IMG/VR virus record: IMGVR_UViG_3300002143_000079
Coordinates: 16,336 to 80,335 of that record
Direction: 5' to 3' (one strand)
DNA: 64,000 nt
DNA from: a virus
Under the pieces are notes generated by a model. The model saw only the letters and a program-made list of their open reading frames with translations. It was not told where the DNA came from and did no database searches. Below, one piece after another: positions 32,989 to 42,478 of the stretch. Both the position numbers and the translations under genes were made by a program. The first letter of the stretch is position 1. Each line of letters starts with the position of its first letter.

Positions 32989-33696
32989 TTAGAACTTGAA
33001 TCGAACACCCGTAGTCAAAGCAAAATTACCTTCAAACTTACGAGCTGCGAGAGTCGTATCGGAGGTAACATAACTTGCATCGACATATGGAGTTACATAC
33101 TTAATGCCGGTATAGGACAACTCACCACCAGCCAACCAACTTGTATGTTTATTGTAGAAGTAACCTTCAACACGGGGAGTCAACGAGACACCACGATAAC
33201 TAAAGGTACGGTCCAAACCAACCGTTGTACCAAACAATTCCGTGTCAAAATCCCGAGCGACGGTGACATAGGGACTTGCAATCTTCGTTAAAACTGGAAA
33301 CTTATCCAATCGTAACGTTCCATAGGCCGTGAATGTATCAGTGAAAGCTCCTGCAATAACTCGTTTTTCAACACCACCTTTGAGATTGAAGACGATGTTA
33401 CCATCACCAATATTACGTGAGAGATTTGCGTCCAAGACAGCTTGTTGAGCACTTTCTCCACGGATATAATATGTCACACCAACTTCGGGAGTAACAATCT
33501 TATTCGACAACGCCACAGTGGATGCGACGAAGGCACTATTTTTCTGGAATTGCAAACCCAAGTGATTTGCTCGAGTGGTATAACCCACATCAAAACCTAC
33601 TTGTGGTGTTACCTTGAACTCAGCAGCGGTTGCTGACATTATAGTTACCAATGCGACCAGCACCAAGGCGGCCAATGTTTTCATTTGTTTAATCAT
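32989..33696 (-). CDS. Outer-membrane beta-barrel protein
   Basis: Signal peptide ending ATA-A; alternating amphipathic strands; C-terminal GVRFKF with terminal Phe. Confidence 0.72.
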   Translation of the reverse strand: MIKQMKTLAALVLVALVTIMSATAAEFKVTPQVGFDVGYTTRANHLGLQFQKNSAFVASTVALSNKIVTPEVGVTYYIRGESAQQAVLDANLSRNIGDGNIVFNLKGGVEKRVIAGAFTDTFTAYGTLRLDKFPVLTKIASPYVTVARDFDTELFGTTVGLDRTFSYRGVSLTPRVEGYFYNKHTSWLAGGELSYTGIKYVTPYVDASYVTSDTTLAARKFEGNFALTTGVRFKF

Positions 33697-33846
33697 ATTT
33701 ATTTTTCCTTATATAACAATTGTCCCCGGATGACGCATCCAGTTCCAACTTTGAGATAAGTATAGGTTAAAACAACGTTGTGTCAAATATAAAAACCACC
33801 AAAGTTATAATCCCTTGGTGGTTAGTATGTTGTATAAGGTTGTCTT

Positions 33847-35847
33847 TTAGAGTCTGGATGACATTATTTCTTTAAAAGTAATCTTTTCATCCAATCCATG
33901 ACCAAAGCCAGGTTCGTCACTACGCACACGATATTCTGGACTCATATTGGGTTCGGAGGTGTCTATATCGTCGGTTGGATTTTCATATTCCTCTTCTTGG
34001 TTCATATTTGCAACGACTTTATCAACTACATCTTCGTCTCGGTAGAAAAGTAATTTATCTTGACCATGTGGTGCGTTGTCGTAAACAACAACACCTTCTT
34101 TACTATCTTTAATACACCAACCACGTAGATATGGAATTTTATAGAATCGTGACTCTTGCAATGAAGATGTTTCACCAGAATTATCCGGTTGTTTTTGAAA
34201 CGATGGATAAGCGTGTGGTAAATCTTGTAATGTCATGCCTTCGGGAAGTTGTATATTGAATCGCAATACTGGTGTGCCACCCATTTTACTAGTGTCCACC
34301 TTTTGCCAGTTGTTATCCAACAATTGAACATTGGCTCGTTTCAATTCTTTGACGACATCATTGGCCATTCCCCGCCAATATTTTGGATCCAAACCCCCAA
34401 GATAAAGATTAATGGTTCCTTTTTGTTTAAATGCGTCACTACCATCGGGAGATAACATTTGAGCTCCACGGGAACTACGATACTTGGAAAATTCTTCGTC
34501 ACTTAATGTTTTACGCAAGTTAACAAATACCACGTCGTCAATTTCGTGGATTATATCTAAAATGCCTGCGGAATCTTGTGGTTGACTATAATCTTCACTT
34601 TCGTTTAAGTTTGTTTTCATATAATTTTCTAATTCAAATAATAAGGACTCGGCCGTGATTTCATTTTTACCATGCTTGTCTCTAATAGTTTGTAACATAC
34701 TCTTGGGATTAACACCCATTGATTTTAACTTACGTAAAATACTAATTACACTCGTACCGTATTTACTCAACTTGGTTTCCAACTCACGATACAACTCGAC
34801 GGCTGGAATATACACTTCATTGTCTTCATCTTCCAATTTATCAATGGTTTGAATAATTACCTTTGAAATATCTCTCTCACCGGATAGATAAGCTGAGCGT
34901 AAGGCTTCAATAGCCACGTCTAAATTTTTGATTTTGAGTTTATAACTGTTTTCTTCACCTTTGGTCCACGTCGCACCTTTGACATGAGACTCAGCCTCGG
35001 CTTCAGCTCTTTCACGACGGAGTTCGGTTAATTTATCCAAAATCTCATTCTTGACAACGGCATCGACTTTAGGTTTTGGTTCCGGTTTCTTATCCCCATA
35101 AACTTCGAGGTAAGGTATAAATTCCATATCTTTCTTCGTAACGTCTCTATTAGGCACCTCAAAGAATACTTTATTAACATCCAGACCAGCCAGTTTTACC
35201 ACTCGTTGATATAACTCCTGTTCTCGTGTCAAACCAACATACGTAATATACCACGCCGTAAAATAATAATTACCATCAACCAAGAAAACTCTAAAACGTG
35301 TATATGATTTGTCAAAACCACCATAACGACTCTCCATTACCGCTTCCAGACCACTATGACCTTTAGCTGAGTAATCATCCCCAATAAAATCCTCCAAATA
35401 ATCATTTAATATATCCCTCAAGACGTTATCCTGCTCACGATCGCCAGAATATGCAATAACCTTTTTATTAACCGCACTATAACCAACAATAGTCATTTTA
35501 CCACCCAATAACTTGTTTGCAAAATTAAAGCCAGTAACCACATTGTTTTTACTGATATAATAATAACTATTTTCCCCTACCTTGATGCTATCGGGACTTT
35601 CATTAATAAACATCTTTTCACTTTTCTCTCGTCTCTCCAGTTCATTCAATAAACCACCATGTTCCTGTGAGAGTTGTCTAATCATATCATGTAACATACC
35701 CATATCATGAACGACTTCTAATCCCCTAATGGCATTACCCGTTACATTATAGCCAGACCCATATTGCCGACTATAAACATTGACAAAAGTACCATCTTGA
35801 AATTTATGAGAACTGATTGGTCGATTTTTTTTAGTGAAAAGAGACAT
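33847..35847 (-). CDS. Large hypothetical late protein
   Basis: 666-aa ORF; TATTTAT upstream; segments bounded by INES/LNES/LQES. Confidence 0.65.
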   Translation of the reverse strand: MSLFTKKNRPISSHKFQDGTFVNVYSRQYGSGYNVTGNAIRGLEVVHDMGMLHDMIRQLSQEHGGLLNELERREKSEKMFINESPDSIKVGENSYYYISKNNVVTGFNFANKLLGGKMTIVGYSAVNKKVIAYSGDREQDNVLRDILNDYLEDFIGDDYSAKGHSGLEAVMESRYGGFDKSYTRFRVFLVDGNYYFTAWYITYVGLTREQELYQRVVKLAGLDVNKVFFEVPNRDVTKKDMEFIPYLEVYGDKKPEPKPKVDAVVKNEILDKLTELRRERAEAEAESHVKGATWTKGEENSYKLKIKNLDVAIEALRSAYLSGERDISKVIIQTIDKLEDEDNEVYIPAVELYRELETKLSKYGTSVISILRKLKSMGVNPKSMLQTIRDKHGKNEITAESLLFELENYMKTNLNESEDYSQPQDSAGILDIIHEIDDVVFVNLRKTLSDEEFSKYRSSRGAQMLSPDGSDAFKQKGTINLYLGGLDPKYWRGMANDVVKELKRANVQLLDNNWQKVDTSKMGGTPVLRFNIQLPEGMTLQDLPHAYPSFQKQPDNSGETSSLQESRFYKIPYLRGWCIKDSKEGVVVYDNAPHGQDKLLFYRDEDVVDKVVANMNQEEEYENPTDDIDTSEPNMSPEYRVRSDEPGFGHGLDEKITFKEIMSSRL

Positions 35848-35883
35848 ATATGATGTTTATAAATAGAGTTTTACCTCCAAAAC

Positions 35884-36127
35884 ACCCCAAGAAAAAAATT
35901 GCCCCCGTGTTTTTTTGAAAAAGAAGGTCAATTAGTCAAAAAGATGGATAGGAAAACGCTATAATTGCAAGAAAAGTGCCCCACAATAAAATAATTGTAT
36001 ATAGGAAGGCTAGAAAACGCTATAATTGCAAGAAAAGTGCCCCAGAGAAAAAAATGCCGTGTGTTTGCCTATAAAAACAGTGTTATCGGGACAAAAAGGC
36101 CCCAAAGAAAAAAATGCCGTGTGTGTG
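35884..36127. repeat. Degenerate ~60-bp tandem repeat in non-coding block
   Basis: Exact 32-bp repeat GAAAACGCTATAATTGCAAGAAAAGTGCCCCA at 35952-35983 and 36013-36044; AAAAAAATGCCGTGTGT twice, 60 bp apart. Confidence 0.85.
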
Positions 36128-36610
36128 GCGCCGACATGGCGTCAATAGAGGGGTCGGGCCCCCCCCTATCCAGAAGTGGTACCTCCCCACTTTAAGACAC
36201 CCTCTCCCCCCCATATGGTGGGGAGGGTTAACCCTGTTGACATCCCCCTCCCCATCCCTCACCTTACCCCTCTACCTTCTCCATCTTTACTTCTTTGCCA
36301 CCGGCCTCCTTGATGGCTTGGGCCAGTTGACAATCGGTGACGTGGCCATACTTCATACCATTGCCACATATTGGGCATTGAGTCATTGACTCACCACGGA
36401 TACTCCACTCAACTCGTAGCAACACATTAAGGATGTTTGTCATGGTGTTACTGTATATTAAACCCGTTGAATGTCAATGGATTATATTAACTATTTACAA
36501 CCTAACATCCATAGACATAGGGAGCAAACTCACCAGCTTCGGTATAGGTATGTTGTTCATGATATAGGTTGTTACAATACTAGCAATTTATAGAAAGTCA
36601 ACGGTTATTT

Positions 36611-36850
36611 TTACTTGCTTCGTTTTGCGAGATATTCAGCCATATCCATTGTAGTCCAATAACCACCACCGGTTGGACCTACAAAAGCCCGTAGAGCTTG
36701 CTTTTTTGTCACTTTGATACCAGCAGCACATATTGCCAACCACATATCACGGTGCATGTCAGCGAATCCAACCACGGTGGAAAGGTTGTAGTGATAGGAG
36801 TTTATACACTTTAGAGCATTGAATGCTTTTTGGTATTTCGTAGCTTTCAT
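36611..36850 (-). CDS. Hypothetical early protein
   Basis: Leaderless ORF after own promoter. Confidence 0.65.
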   Translation of the reverse strand: MKATKYQKAFNALKCINSYHYNLSTVVGFADMHRDMWLAICAAGIKVTKKQALRAFVGPTGGGYWTTMDMAEYLAKRSK

Positions 36851-36880
36851 AGTGTTAGAATATCTGAGTATTATAGAAAG

Positions 36881-37059
36881 TCAAGGGGTTTCGTTAACTT
36901 CATCAACCTCCATCACCGTCACGTTTCCATAGTGACCCTGACGAAACATCTCCCATGCTTCTTGCCGGTCAAGAGCTTGAATGGGTGCGGGATAGGTAGG
37001 ATACACTTCCCATCCTCATTTCTCACAGTCACAGTGGCGGTAAATGTCTTTGTTTTCAT
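36881..37059 (-). pseudogene. Frameshifted paralog of 38679..38864
   Basis: FTATVTVRNEDG then, one nt short, EVYPTYPAPIQALDRQEAWEMFRQGHYGNVTV aligns with YRADVTVRDEDGVMHVNHPAPVEARSRQEAWEIFYYGQFYGNVTV. Confidence 0.8.
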
Positions 37060-37090
37060 AACTCAAACAATACCAACCATTTATAAAAAG

Positions 37091-37306
37091 TCAAGTGGTT
37101 TTCATAGTTTTTTTGAACTCGAAAATCTCCATTTTCAATTTCACTACCGATTTTGAATCATATTTGCAATATCCTTTGCTGCAATCCTCCAAATAATTAT
37201 CCAACGAATTTTCCAATTTTTCCAGTTGTTTTTCGGGAGATACAATCGCCGATGGTGTTGGCTGGCTAACACAATCTGCACCGGGAATGTGTCGAATTTT
37301 ATACAT
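37091..37306 (-). CDS. Hypothetical early protein
   Basis: Own promoter; TGA stop inside next TTGAC box. Confidence 0.6.
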   Translation of the reverse strand: MYKIRHIPGADCVSQPTPSAIVSPEKQLEKLENSLDNYLEDCSKGYCKYDSKSVVKLKMEIFEFKKTMKTT

Positions 37307-37359
37307 AATTATTTTGATATGAAGACAATACTAGCAATTTATAGAAAGTCAACCAGTTT

Positions 37360-37695
37360 TTATACATCTTCTGCACAACCATGTGAACCACAACAAGGAC
37401 GAGGATTGCTATGGGGATTCATTTCTTCATCAAACGCACAGGTTTTACTGGTATAAACGTGACAACAATGACATTTGTCAGTTCCATCATCAGAATCAAC
37501 GGTTTCTTTCACAATCGACTCAACCTCATAAACCTCATTGGCTGAAACGATGATAACCACTCCAGCATCAAACTCCTTACATGGTTCGGTCAAGATAACG
37601 TGATAGGAATGAGAGTGAACCTCTGTAACTATACCGATTCCTTCTACACGACCATCCAACCGAAACATTACGATGTCATTGAAATTTGCTTTCAT
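37360..37695 (-). CDS. Two-domain protein with Cys/His-rich C-terminus (paralog 1)
   Basis: Nearly identical to 37923..38258; ends CCGSHGCAEDV. Confidence 0.8.
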   Translation of the reverse strand: MKANFNDIVMFRLDGRVEGIGIVTEVHSHSYHVILTEPCKEFDAGVVIIVSANEVYEVESIVKETVDSDDGTDKCHCCHVYTSKTCAFDEEMNPHSNPRPCCGSHGCAEDV

Positions 37696-37738
37696 TAGTG
37701 ATAATTTATCAGAGTTTTATAGAAAGTCAACCATTGAT

Positions 37739-37921
37739 TTAATAATTCCAATAGTTTACATCTTCCCACGTCAATTCGTTGGTGATAGCCATATCCGCAG
37801 TTGGATGTTGTTTGTTGTCATTCAACTCCCACAACCTATCTTTGGCTCTTTCGAGTGAGGCTGACACGTCAACCACCTCACAGGTTGATAGAAGATAGAC
37901 ACAATATGGACGTCCATTCAT
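37739..37921 (-). CDS. Hypothetical protein
   Basis: ATG immediately after upstream stop (MNGRPYCV...). Confidence 0.55.
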   Translation of the reverse strand: MNGRPYCVYLLSTCEVVDVSASLERAKDRLWELNDNKQHPTADMAITNELTWEDVNYWNY

Positions 37922-37922
37922 G

Positions 37923-38258
37923 TTACACGTCCTCCGCACAACCATGAGAGCCACAACAAGGACGTGGATTACTGTAGGGATTCATTTCCACATCAAACGA
38001 ACACACGTCGTCCGTGTGAACGGAACAACAGTGACACTTGTTCGTATCGTCGTCTGACGAACCTGTTTCTTCTACAACCGCAGAGACTTCATAAATCTCG
38101 TTAGCTGAAACAATGATGATCACACCTGCGTCAAACTCCTTACATGGTTCAGTCAAGAGAACGTGATAGGAGTGTGAATGGACTTCCGTCACTATACCAA
38201 TTCCTTCCACACTCCCATCCAACCGAAACATTACCACATCATTAAAGTTTGCTTTCAT
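37923..38258 (-). CDS. Two-domain protein with Cys/His-rich C-terminus (paralog 2)
   Basis: Nearly identical to 37360..37695. Confidence 0.8.
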   Translation of the reverse strand: MKANFNDVVMFRLDGSVEGIGIVTEVHSHSYHVLLTEPCKEFDAGVIIIVSANEIYEVSAVVEETGSSDDDTNKCHCCSVHTDDVCSFDVEMNPYSNPRPCCGSHGCAEDV

Positions 38259-38295
38259 GGGAAAACTCTACGTTAAATTTATAGAAAGTCAACCA

Positions 38296-38661
38296 TTACT
38301 TGAGACTTTTCAACTCAGCCAAGAGACTTTCCAAATTTTCTTTACCCGACTCGATTTGTGCAATAAGTTTCCCTCGCTTTTGGTGAGTGGCTTTCAACGT
38401 GGTGAATTCAACTCCCAAGTCAATCGACGATTCATTTGTCAATGCAAACACTTGCGCGGGCCAATACCATTCCTCTCCACGAATAGAGATACCCGAAGAA
38501 TTGATAGCTTGAATAACAAAAACAGTCTTGTTCTTCTTATGTTTTCTTGCCAAGGTTGACATATCCGCGTTGATAGAGTTATCAAACCCATCAAAGTATT
38601 CGTTCTTCTTGGGAACCCTAGTAAATACGACTTCATCTCCGACTTTTAGTTTTTTATTCAT
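38296..38661 (-). CDS. Hypothetical protein
   Basis: LKVGDEV start; 121 aa. Confidence 0.65.
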   Translation of the reverse strand: MNKKLKVGDEVVFTRVPKKNEYFDGFDNSINADMSTLARKHKKNKTVFVIQAINSSGISIRGEEWYWPAQVFALTNESSIDLGVEFTTLKATHQKRGKLIAQIESGKENLESLLAELKSLK

Positions 38662-38678
38662 AAATCTAATTGAAAGTA

Positions 38679-38864
38679 TTAACCGTGAACTTCGACATTC
38701 AAAACCGTCACGTTACCGTAGAACTGACCGTAGTAGAAGATTTCCCACGCTTCCTGACGACTACGAGCTTCAACCGGTGCGGGGTGATTCACATGCATCA
38801 CACCATCTTCATCACGAACGGTAACATCTGCGCGGTAGAATTCAGTGTCGTATTGTTTAGTCAT
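38679..38864 (-). CDS. Hypothetical early protein
   Basis: Start reassigned to leaderless ATG after promoter at ~38896. Confidence 0.7.
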   Translation of the reverse strand: MTKQYDTEFYRADVTVRDEDGVMHVNHPAPVEARSRQEAWEIFYYGQFYGNVTVLNVEVHG

Positions 38865-38928
38865 GTGAATGAACTCTACTTGGTTATTATAAAATGTCAA
38901 CGATTACTTGAACATTATTAATATTCAT

Positions 38929-39255
38929 TTAATTATTCACCAATGCGTGAACTCGGCACGAGTTGCATACGTGACCATCATTCTCTGGCTCCGGGCGACA
39001 GTCACATTGACCTTCACCGAACTGATCTTCCCAATCACTCAACAGACCTGCGGCGGCCTTTCTCAAGTCAGCCAGTTCCTTTTCCATGCGGTTGTAGTCA
39101 ATCACCGTCTCGACAATACGAATGCCTTGCAACAGGTTACGTTTGTATGCGAGGGTTTCTGAGGTTGCGAAGATAACACCCTCGGCCTTCTTCAACTCAC
39201 TCTGCAGTTGAGTCAAGACTTCTTCATTGGTTACGCCTTCGGAGATGATACACAT
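38929..39255 (-). CDS. Hypothetical protein with C-terminal CxC...CxxC
   Basis: Leaderless ATG after own promoter. Confidence 0.65.
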   Translation of the reverse strand: MCIISEGVTNEEVLTQLQSELKKAEGVIFATSETLAYKRNLLQGIRIVETVIDYNRMEKELADLRKAAAGLLSDWEDQFGEGQCDCRPEPENDGHVCNSCRVHALVNN

Positions 39256-39297
39256 ATGAGTCACGATACCAAGGGTTTATAAAAAGTCAACAACCTT

Positions 39298-39645
39298 TTA
39301 ACCTGAAATTTCCTGACACTCGGATATATCAAACTCCCTTGATGGCTTCTCTCCACCACACAACGTAAGAGTCAAATCCGAACTGTAATACCCGTTGTTA
39401 GAACCATAACCGGGAACCGCAACCGGATGACCATTGACGGGCTTCAATCGAATGCCGTAACCATCCACCTTTTCAAAGAAGTCGCCGTCAAGGTCAAACT
39501 CCATCCCCACGAAATCCGCAATGGTCAGATGTTCAAATGACAACCAGTGATGTTCACAACAATCTTGTCGGTGTTCAGAATAAAGAGATTGCCCATTGCT
39601 AAAACGAATGGAATCGTTGGAAACTTGTGATACAGTTACGTTCAT
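39298..39645 (-). CDS. Hypothetical phage protein (QDCCE / GSNNGYYS motifs)
   Basis: Leaderless ATG; HRQDCCE and NGYYS motifs. Confidence 0.7.
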   Translation of the reverse strand: MNVTVSQVSNDSIRFSNGQSLYSEHRQDCCEHHWLSFEHLTIADFVGMEFDLDGDFFEKVDGYGIRLKPVNGHPVAVPGYGSNNGYYSSDLTLTLCGGEKPSREFDISECQEISG

Positions 39646-39684
39646 ATGTGAGATATTATCGTAGGATTTATAGGAAGTCAACAA

Positions 39685-39888
39685 TTATTCGTCACAATAG
39701 TCATCCGCCTCGTTTGCGTTGTAATCGGCCAAGTCATCCATTCCCGAACCATCACCCGACCATCCACCACCATCATACGGTTCTTCGTCAATCTCCGTTC
39801 GTTCTTCGTAAGCCGATTCCAAGTGACTATCTTCAAAACCAAAGTCAGATTCTTCGGATTCGGTGGTAAGTTCAATTTCGTCGTTCAT
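39685..39888 (-). CDS. Highly acidic small protein
   Basis: 67 aa, very D/E-rich; own promoter. Confidence 0.7.
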   Translation of the reverse strand: MNDEIELTTESEESDFGFEDSHLESAYEERTEIDEEPYDGGGWSGDGSGMDDLADYNANEADDYCDE

Positions 39889-39930
39889 ATTGAAAATAGA
39901 TTACCAAACATTTATAAAAAGTCAATACCA

Positions 39931-40047
39931 AGATTTGCTAGGGTTTTCTCCCTATCATTTCATTACCACTCGTCTTGGATTTCAACGAGTAGTCCCTGCT
40001 CACGTTCGGCGTTACTCCCTCACTAACAGGGTGATGGGAGTTTCCGT
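39931..40047 (-). ncRNA. Conserved structured RNA element, copy 1 (unknown family)
   Basis: Homologous to 44184-44300 with compensatory changes in three stems. Confidence 0.72.
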
Positions 40048-40083
40048 TCAGTTAGGACCGTCACGAGCGTTTCTTAGTTTCAT
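40048..40083 (-). CDS. 11-aa peptide MKLRNARDGPN
   Basis: Leaderless ATG 6 nt after -10 box; RDGPN-stop shared with 44301..44417. Confidence 0.6.
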   Translation of the reverse strand: MKLRNARDGPN

Positions 40084-40120
40084 ATAATTAATTTACCAGT
40101 TATTATACAATTGTCAACAA

Positions 40121-40543
40121 TTAAGAAACCCTCTGAATACTTTTAACCGTCAGAGTTTTGTAGTTGATACCAGAAAGAATATCACCCAAATTTTGCAGCG
40201 GAATATCGCCGTCTTCACACTCCACGGAAATGGTGTATCTCACCTTGACGTTTTCTTTAACCATCGCATCAAGTTCTTTCTCGGTGAGAATTTTCCAGTC
40301 ACCGGTCTTGGTGAACTTGCCAATTGTATGCAAGTCATGACCTGCAAATTGATTGATATGCACTGAACCATCCTTGTCCACTCGATGCCAATCAAAACCG
40401 CCGAGCTTGGGTGCGGCCAAAAGTGCGAGAAAGCCAGCACTATCGAAACCAACGTGTTTTCCAGTTTCATTAAACGAGTTTCGGTAACTGTTGGTGTTGA
40501 CAACGATGATTGTTCCCTCGGTGATATATTGTTTGTGATTCAT
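40121..40543 (-). CDS. Hypothetical early protein
   Basis: Own promoter, leaderless. Confidence 0.65.
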   Translation of the reverse strand: MNHKQYITEGTIIVVNTNSYRNSFNETGKHVGFDSAGFLALLAAPKLGGFDWHRVDKDGSVHINQFAGHDLHTIGKFTKTGDWKILTEKELDAMVKENVKVRYTISVECEDGDIPLQNLGDILSGINYKTLTVKSIQRVS

Positions 40544-40762
40544 ATTTGAGATAATATAGAAGTTTTTTAGAAAGTCAACAGTTTACAGAGCCAACATTGT
40601 CCACCAACTCAATTTTCCGATTCAATCGTTCATCTGGTGGAAGTTGCCAGAAGGGTAAACTCCAATCCTCACGGAGTTTGAAAATGGCCTCGTTCAACGT
40701 GTCAAATTTCTCTTTGTTTGTCATGTGAGTGATATTATGTTAATTTTATAAAATGTCAACCA

Positions 40763-41293
40763 CTATTGGTAGAGATAGTTTGTTTTTTTCGGTGGATTAC
40801 CAATCACCGATTTGCATGTCCGACAGGTATAAATTACACCTTTTTCAATTTTGTTCTTGATTTTCGCCGTGACTTTGATGTGTCCAACACCACACCTACA
40901 ATCCAACGCAAATTTCTTGAAAATCCGTTTCTTAACCGATGTAGTGTCGTAGGAATGACAACGGCCAATATCCGCAACTTCCAGATTACGCATCACACTC
41001 CGCCATTCAGGACCATGACCTTGTTTTGCGAAAGGATACACCTGAAAACAAACGAGGTGTGCGACTTCGTGAGGAACCGTCCGGTTAAGAAAAGTTTCAA
41101 TGTTCTGTGAATAAAGTGTGGGAGAGAAAGCCACTTTGTTACCGTAACGAAACGCCTTTCCCGCGATGTTTCCCATATCACCAAACTCTATCGTGGGAAT
41201 ATCAAATACACGATTATATCGTTTTTGAGCCAGTAACAGGGTTTCGACTATTTTGTTTTCCAAACGAGTGATAAGGTCTTTGGTCAAGTTCAT
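40763..41293 (-). CDS. SprT-like zinc metalloprotease
   Basis: AGKA, TVPHEVAHL (HExxH), GHGPEWRSVM, CRCG, CRTC. Confidence 0.88.
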   Translation of the reverse strand: MNLTKDLITRLENKIVETLLLAQKRYNRVFDIPTIEFGDMGNIAGKAFRYGNKVAFSPTLYSQNIETFLNRTVPHEVAHLVCFQVYPFAKQGHGPEWRSVMRNLEVADIGRCHSYDTTSVKKRIFKKFALDCRCGVGHIKVTAKIKNKIEKGVIYTCRTCKSVIGNPPKKTNYLYQ

Positions 41294-41346
41294 GACCAAA
41301 GACTATACCAGTTTTATAAAATGTCAACGATCTCGTTTATTTATTT

Positions 41347-41757
41347 TTAGTTTCCACCCATGTATTGACCGAACTCATACACACTCATGGTTTCTGCTTG
41401 TTGGACCTTGCCTGGCTCAAGCCAGACAGTAATACAAAGCATGGCTCCATCTGTCTTGCCTGCCCAGATAAACGGATTGGGCACGTTTTCGAGATTCTTG
41501 CCTTGAAATTTGCTCTTCACAAAACGTCCACCACCACCCCATTGCAAAAAACCGGGTAGGTCAACACCGTGCATAATCACGTCTTGCAATGTTCCTTCAA
41601 ACGTGCCCAATCGTGGTTCGTAGTGATGACCACCCATATCACAGTTTGGATCCTCACCCAAAACTTCCCATACATCGTATTCATTCAGACCATGATTTTC
41701 CAAGAGAGATTTGCCGGAGTAGGTGTTTTCGAGATACCTTTTATAGTTTGGAGTCAT
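41347..41757 (-). CDS. Hypothetical protein
   Basis: 136 aa; own promoter. Confidence 0.65.
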   Translation of the reverse strand: MTPNYKRYLENTYSGKSLLENHGLNEYDVWEVLGEDPNCDMGGHHYEPRLGTFEGTLQDVIMHGVDLPGFLQWGGGGRFVKSKFQGKNLENVPNPFIWAGKTDGAMLCITVWLEPGKVQQAETMSVYEFGQYMGGN

Positions 41758-41890
41758 AAGTTATTGACTAGATATTATACCAATATCATTTGTAGTCAAT
41801 CAGAAACAGCAAACCTTTGCTATATTTTCTGATTTGGTTATCGGATGGATTGTCGGCCAGATTGCTGACTATCTTGACACCGTTGAATTG

Positions 41891-42070
41891 TCAAGGAATA
41901 TACCAAACGGGAGCACCAATATTTGTATCATATTCCCCAACCACGGCTGATGTAGCATGACCTTGTTCTTTCAACTTCGCAACCCACTTCTCAACACGTT
42001 CTTTGGTAACGTGTTTGTCAAAGTAAATCAGTGCAGCGACTTCGGTGATGTTGATGGATGATTTAGGCAT
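41891..42070 (-). CDS. 59-aa hypothetical protein downstream of the hammerhead
   Basis: MPKSSINITEVAALIYFDK...APVWYIP; below ORF-track cutoff. Confidence 0.6.
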   Translation of the reverse strand: MPKSSINITEVAALIYFDKHVTKERVEKWVAKLKEQGHATSAVVGEYDTNIGAPVWYIP

Positions 42071-42123
42071 AATTTTGTTTTGTGCTGTGTTGAGGTTCTG
42101 CGAACTGCGGCTTTGGTGCCACT

Positions 42124-42178
42124 CGACTCGTCAGTGCTGGAGAAACCAGCAGACGCGGGAGAATCCCGCGTTTCGTCG
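42124..42178 (-). ncRNA. Type II hammerhead ribozyme
   Basis: CGAC GAAA CGCGGGA-uuc-UCCCGCG UC UGCUGG-uuucu-CCAGCA CUGACGA GUCG: full core, three perfect stems; predicted cleavage between 42152 and 42151. Confidence 0.93.
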
Positions 42179-42181
42179 TTC

Positions 42182-42445
42182 CTATTCTTCTACAATCGCA
42201 ATGACGGACTTGAGCGCGTAGGTCAGACCACCTTCACTGCTCTCGATGCTGATTACATTTTTCCGTTGACCGTCAATCGTGATGACGAAGTTGATGGTGT
42301 CCGTGGTGGTAACCGACCATGTGATTGAACCACCGCAAATAAAGCCGGAGTAGCTTCCGTTCTTGGACTTCTTAACTTCGCTGATGTAGTTCGACAGCGA
42401 TTGCTTAATACGTGCGTTGACTTCGGTATTTGGTTCTTTGTTCAT
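42182..42445 (-). CDS. Hypothetical early protein
   Basis: Own promoter; stop 3 nt before hammerhead. Confidence 0.65.
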   Translation of the reverse strand: MNKEPNTEVNARIKQSLSNYISEVKKSKNGSYSGFICGGSITWSVTTTDTINFVITIDGQRKNVISIESSEGGLTYALKSVIAIVEE

Positions 42446-42478
42446 TGTGAAAAAAGACTACACCAAAACGATAAAATG

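Noticed and set aside
973-35000. Many short plus-strand ORFs in the track
   Set aside because: Antisense shadows of long minus-strand genes with clear motifs; no promoter or motif support
35995-36389. ORFs 35995..36195 and 36114..36389
   Set aside because: Translations merely reflect the tandem repeat and C-tracts
39964-40047. Readthrough protein beyond RDGPN-stop (TETPITLL vs TEAPPTLL similarity)
   Set aside because: Copy 1 has three further in-frame stops and the copies differ by 2-nt indels; RNA structure explains the conservation better, though short readthrough is not excluded
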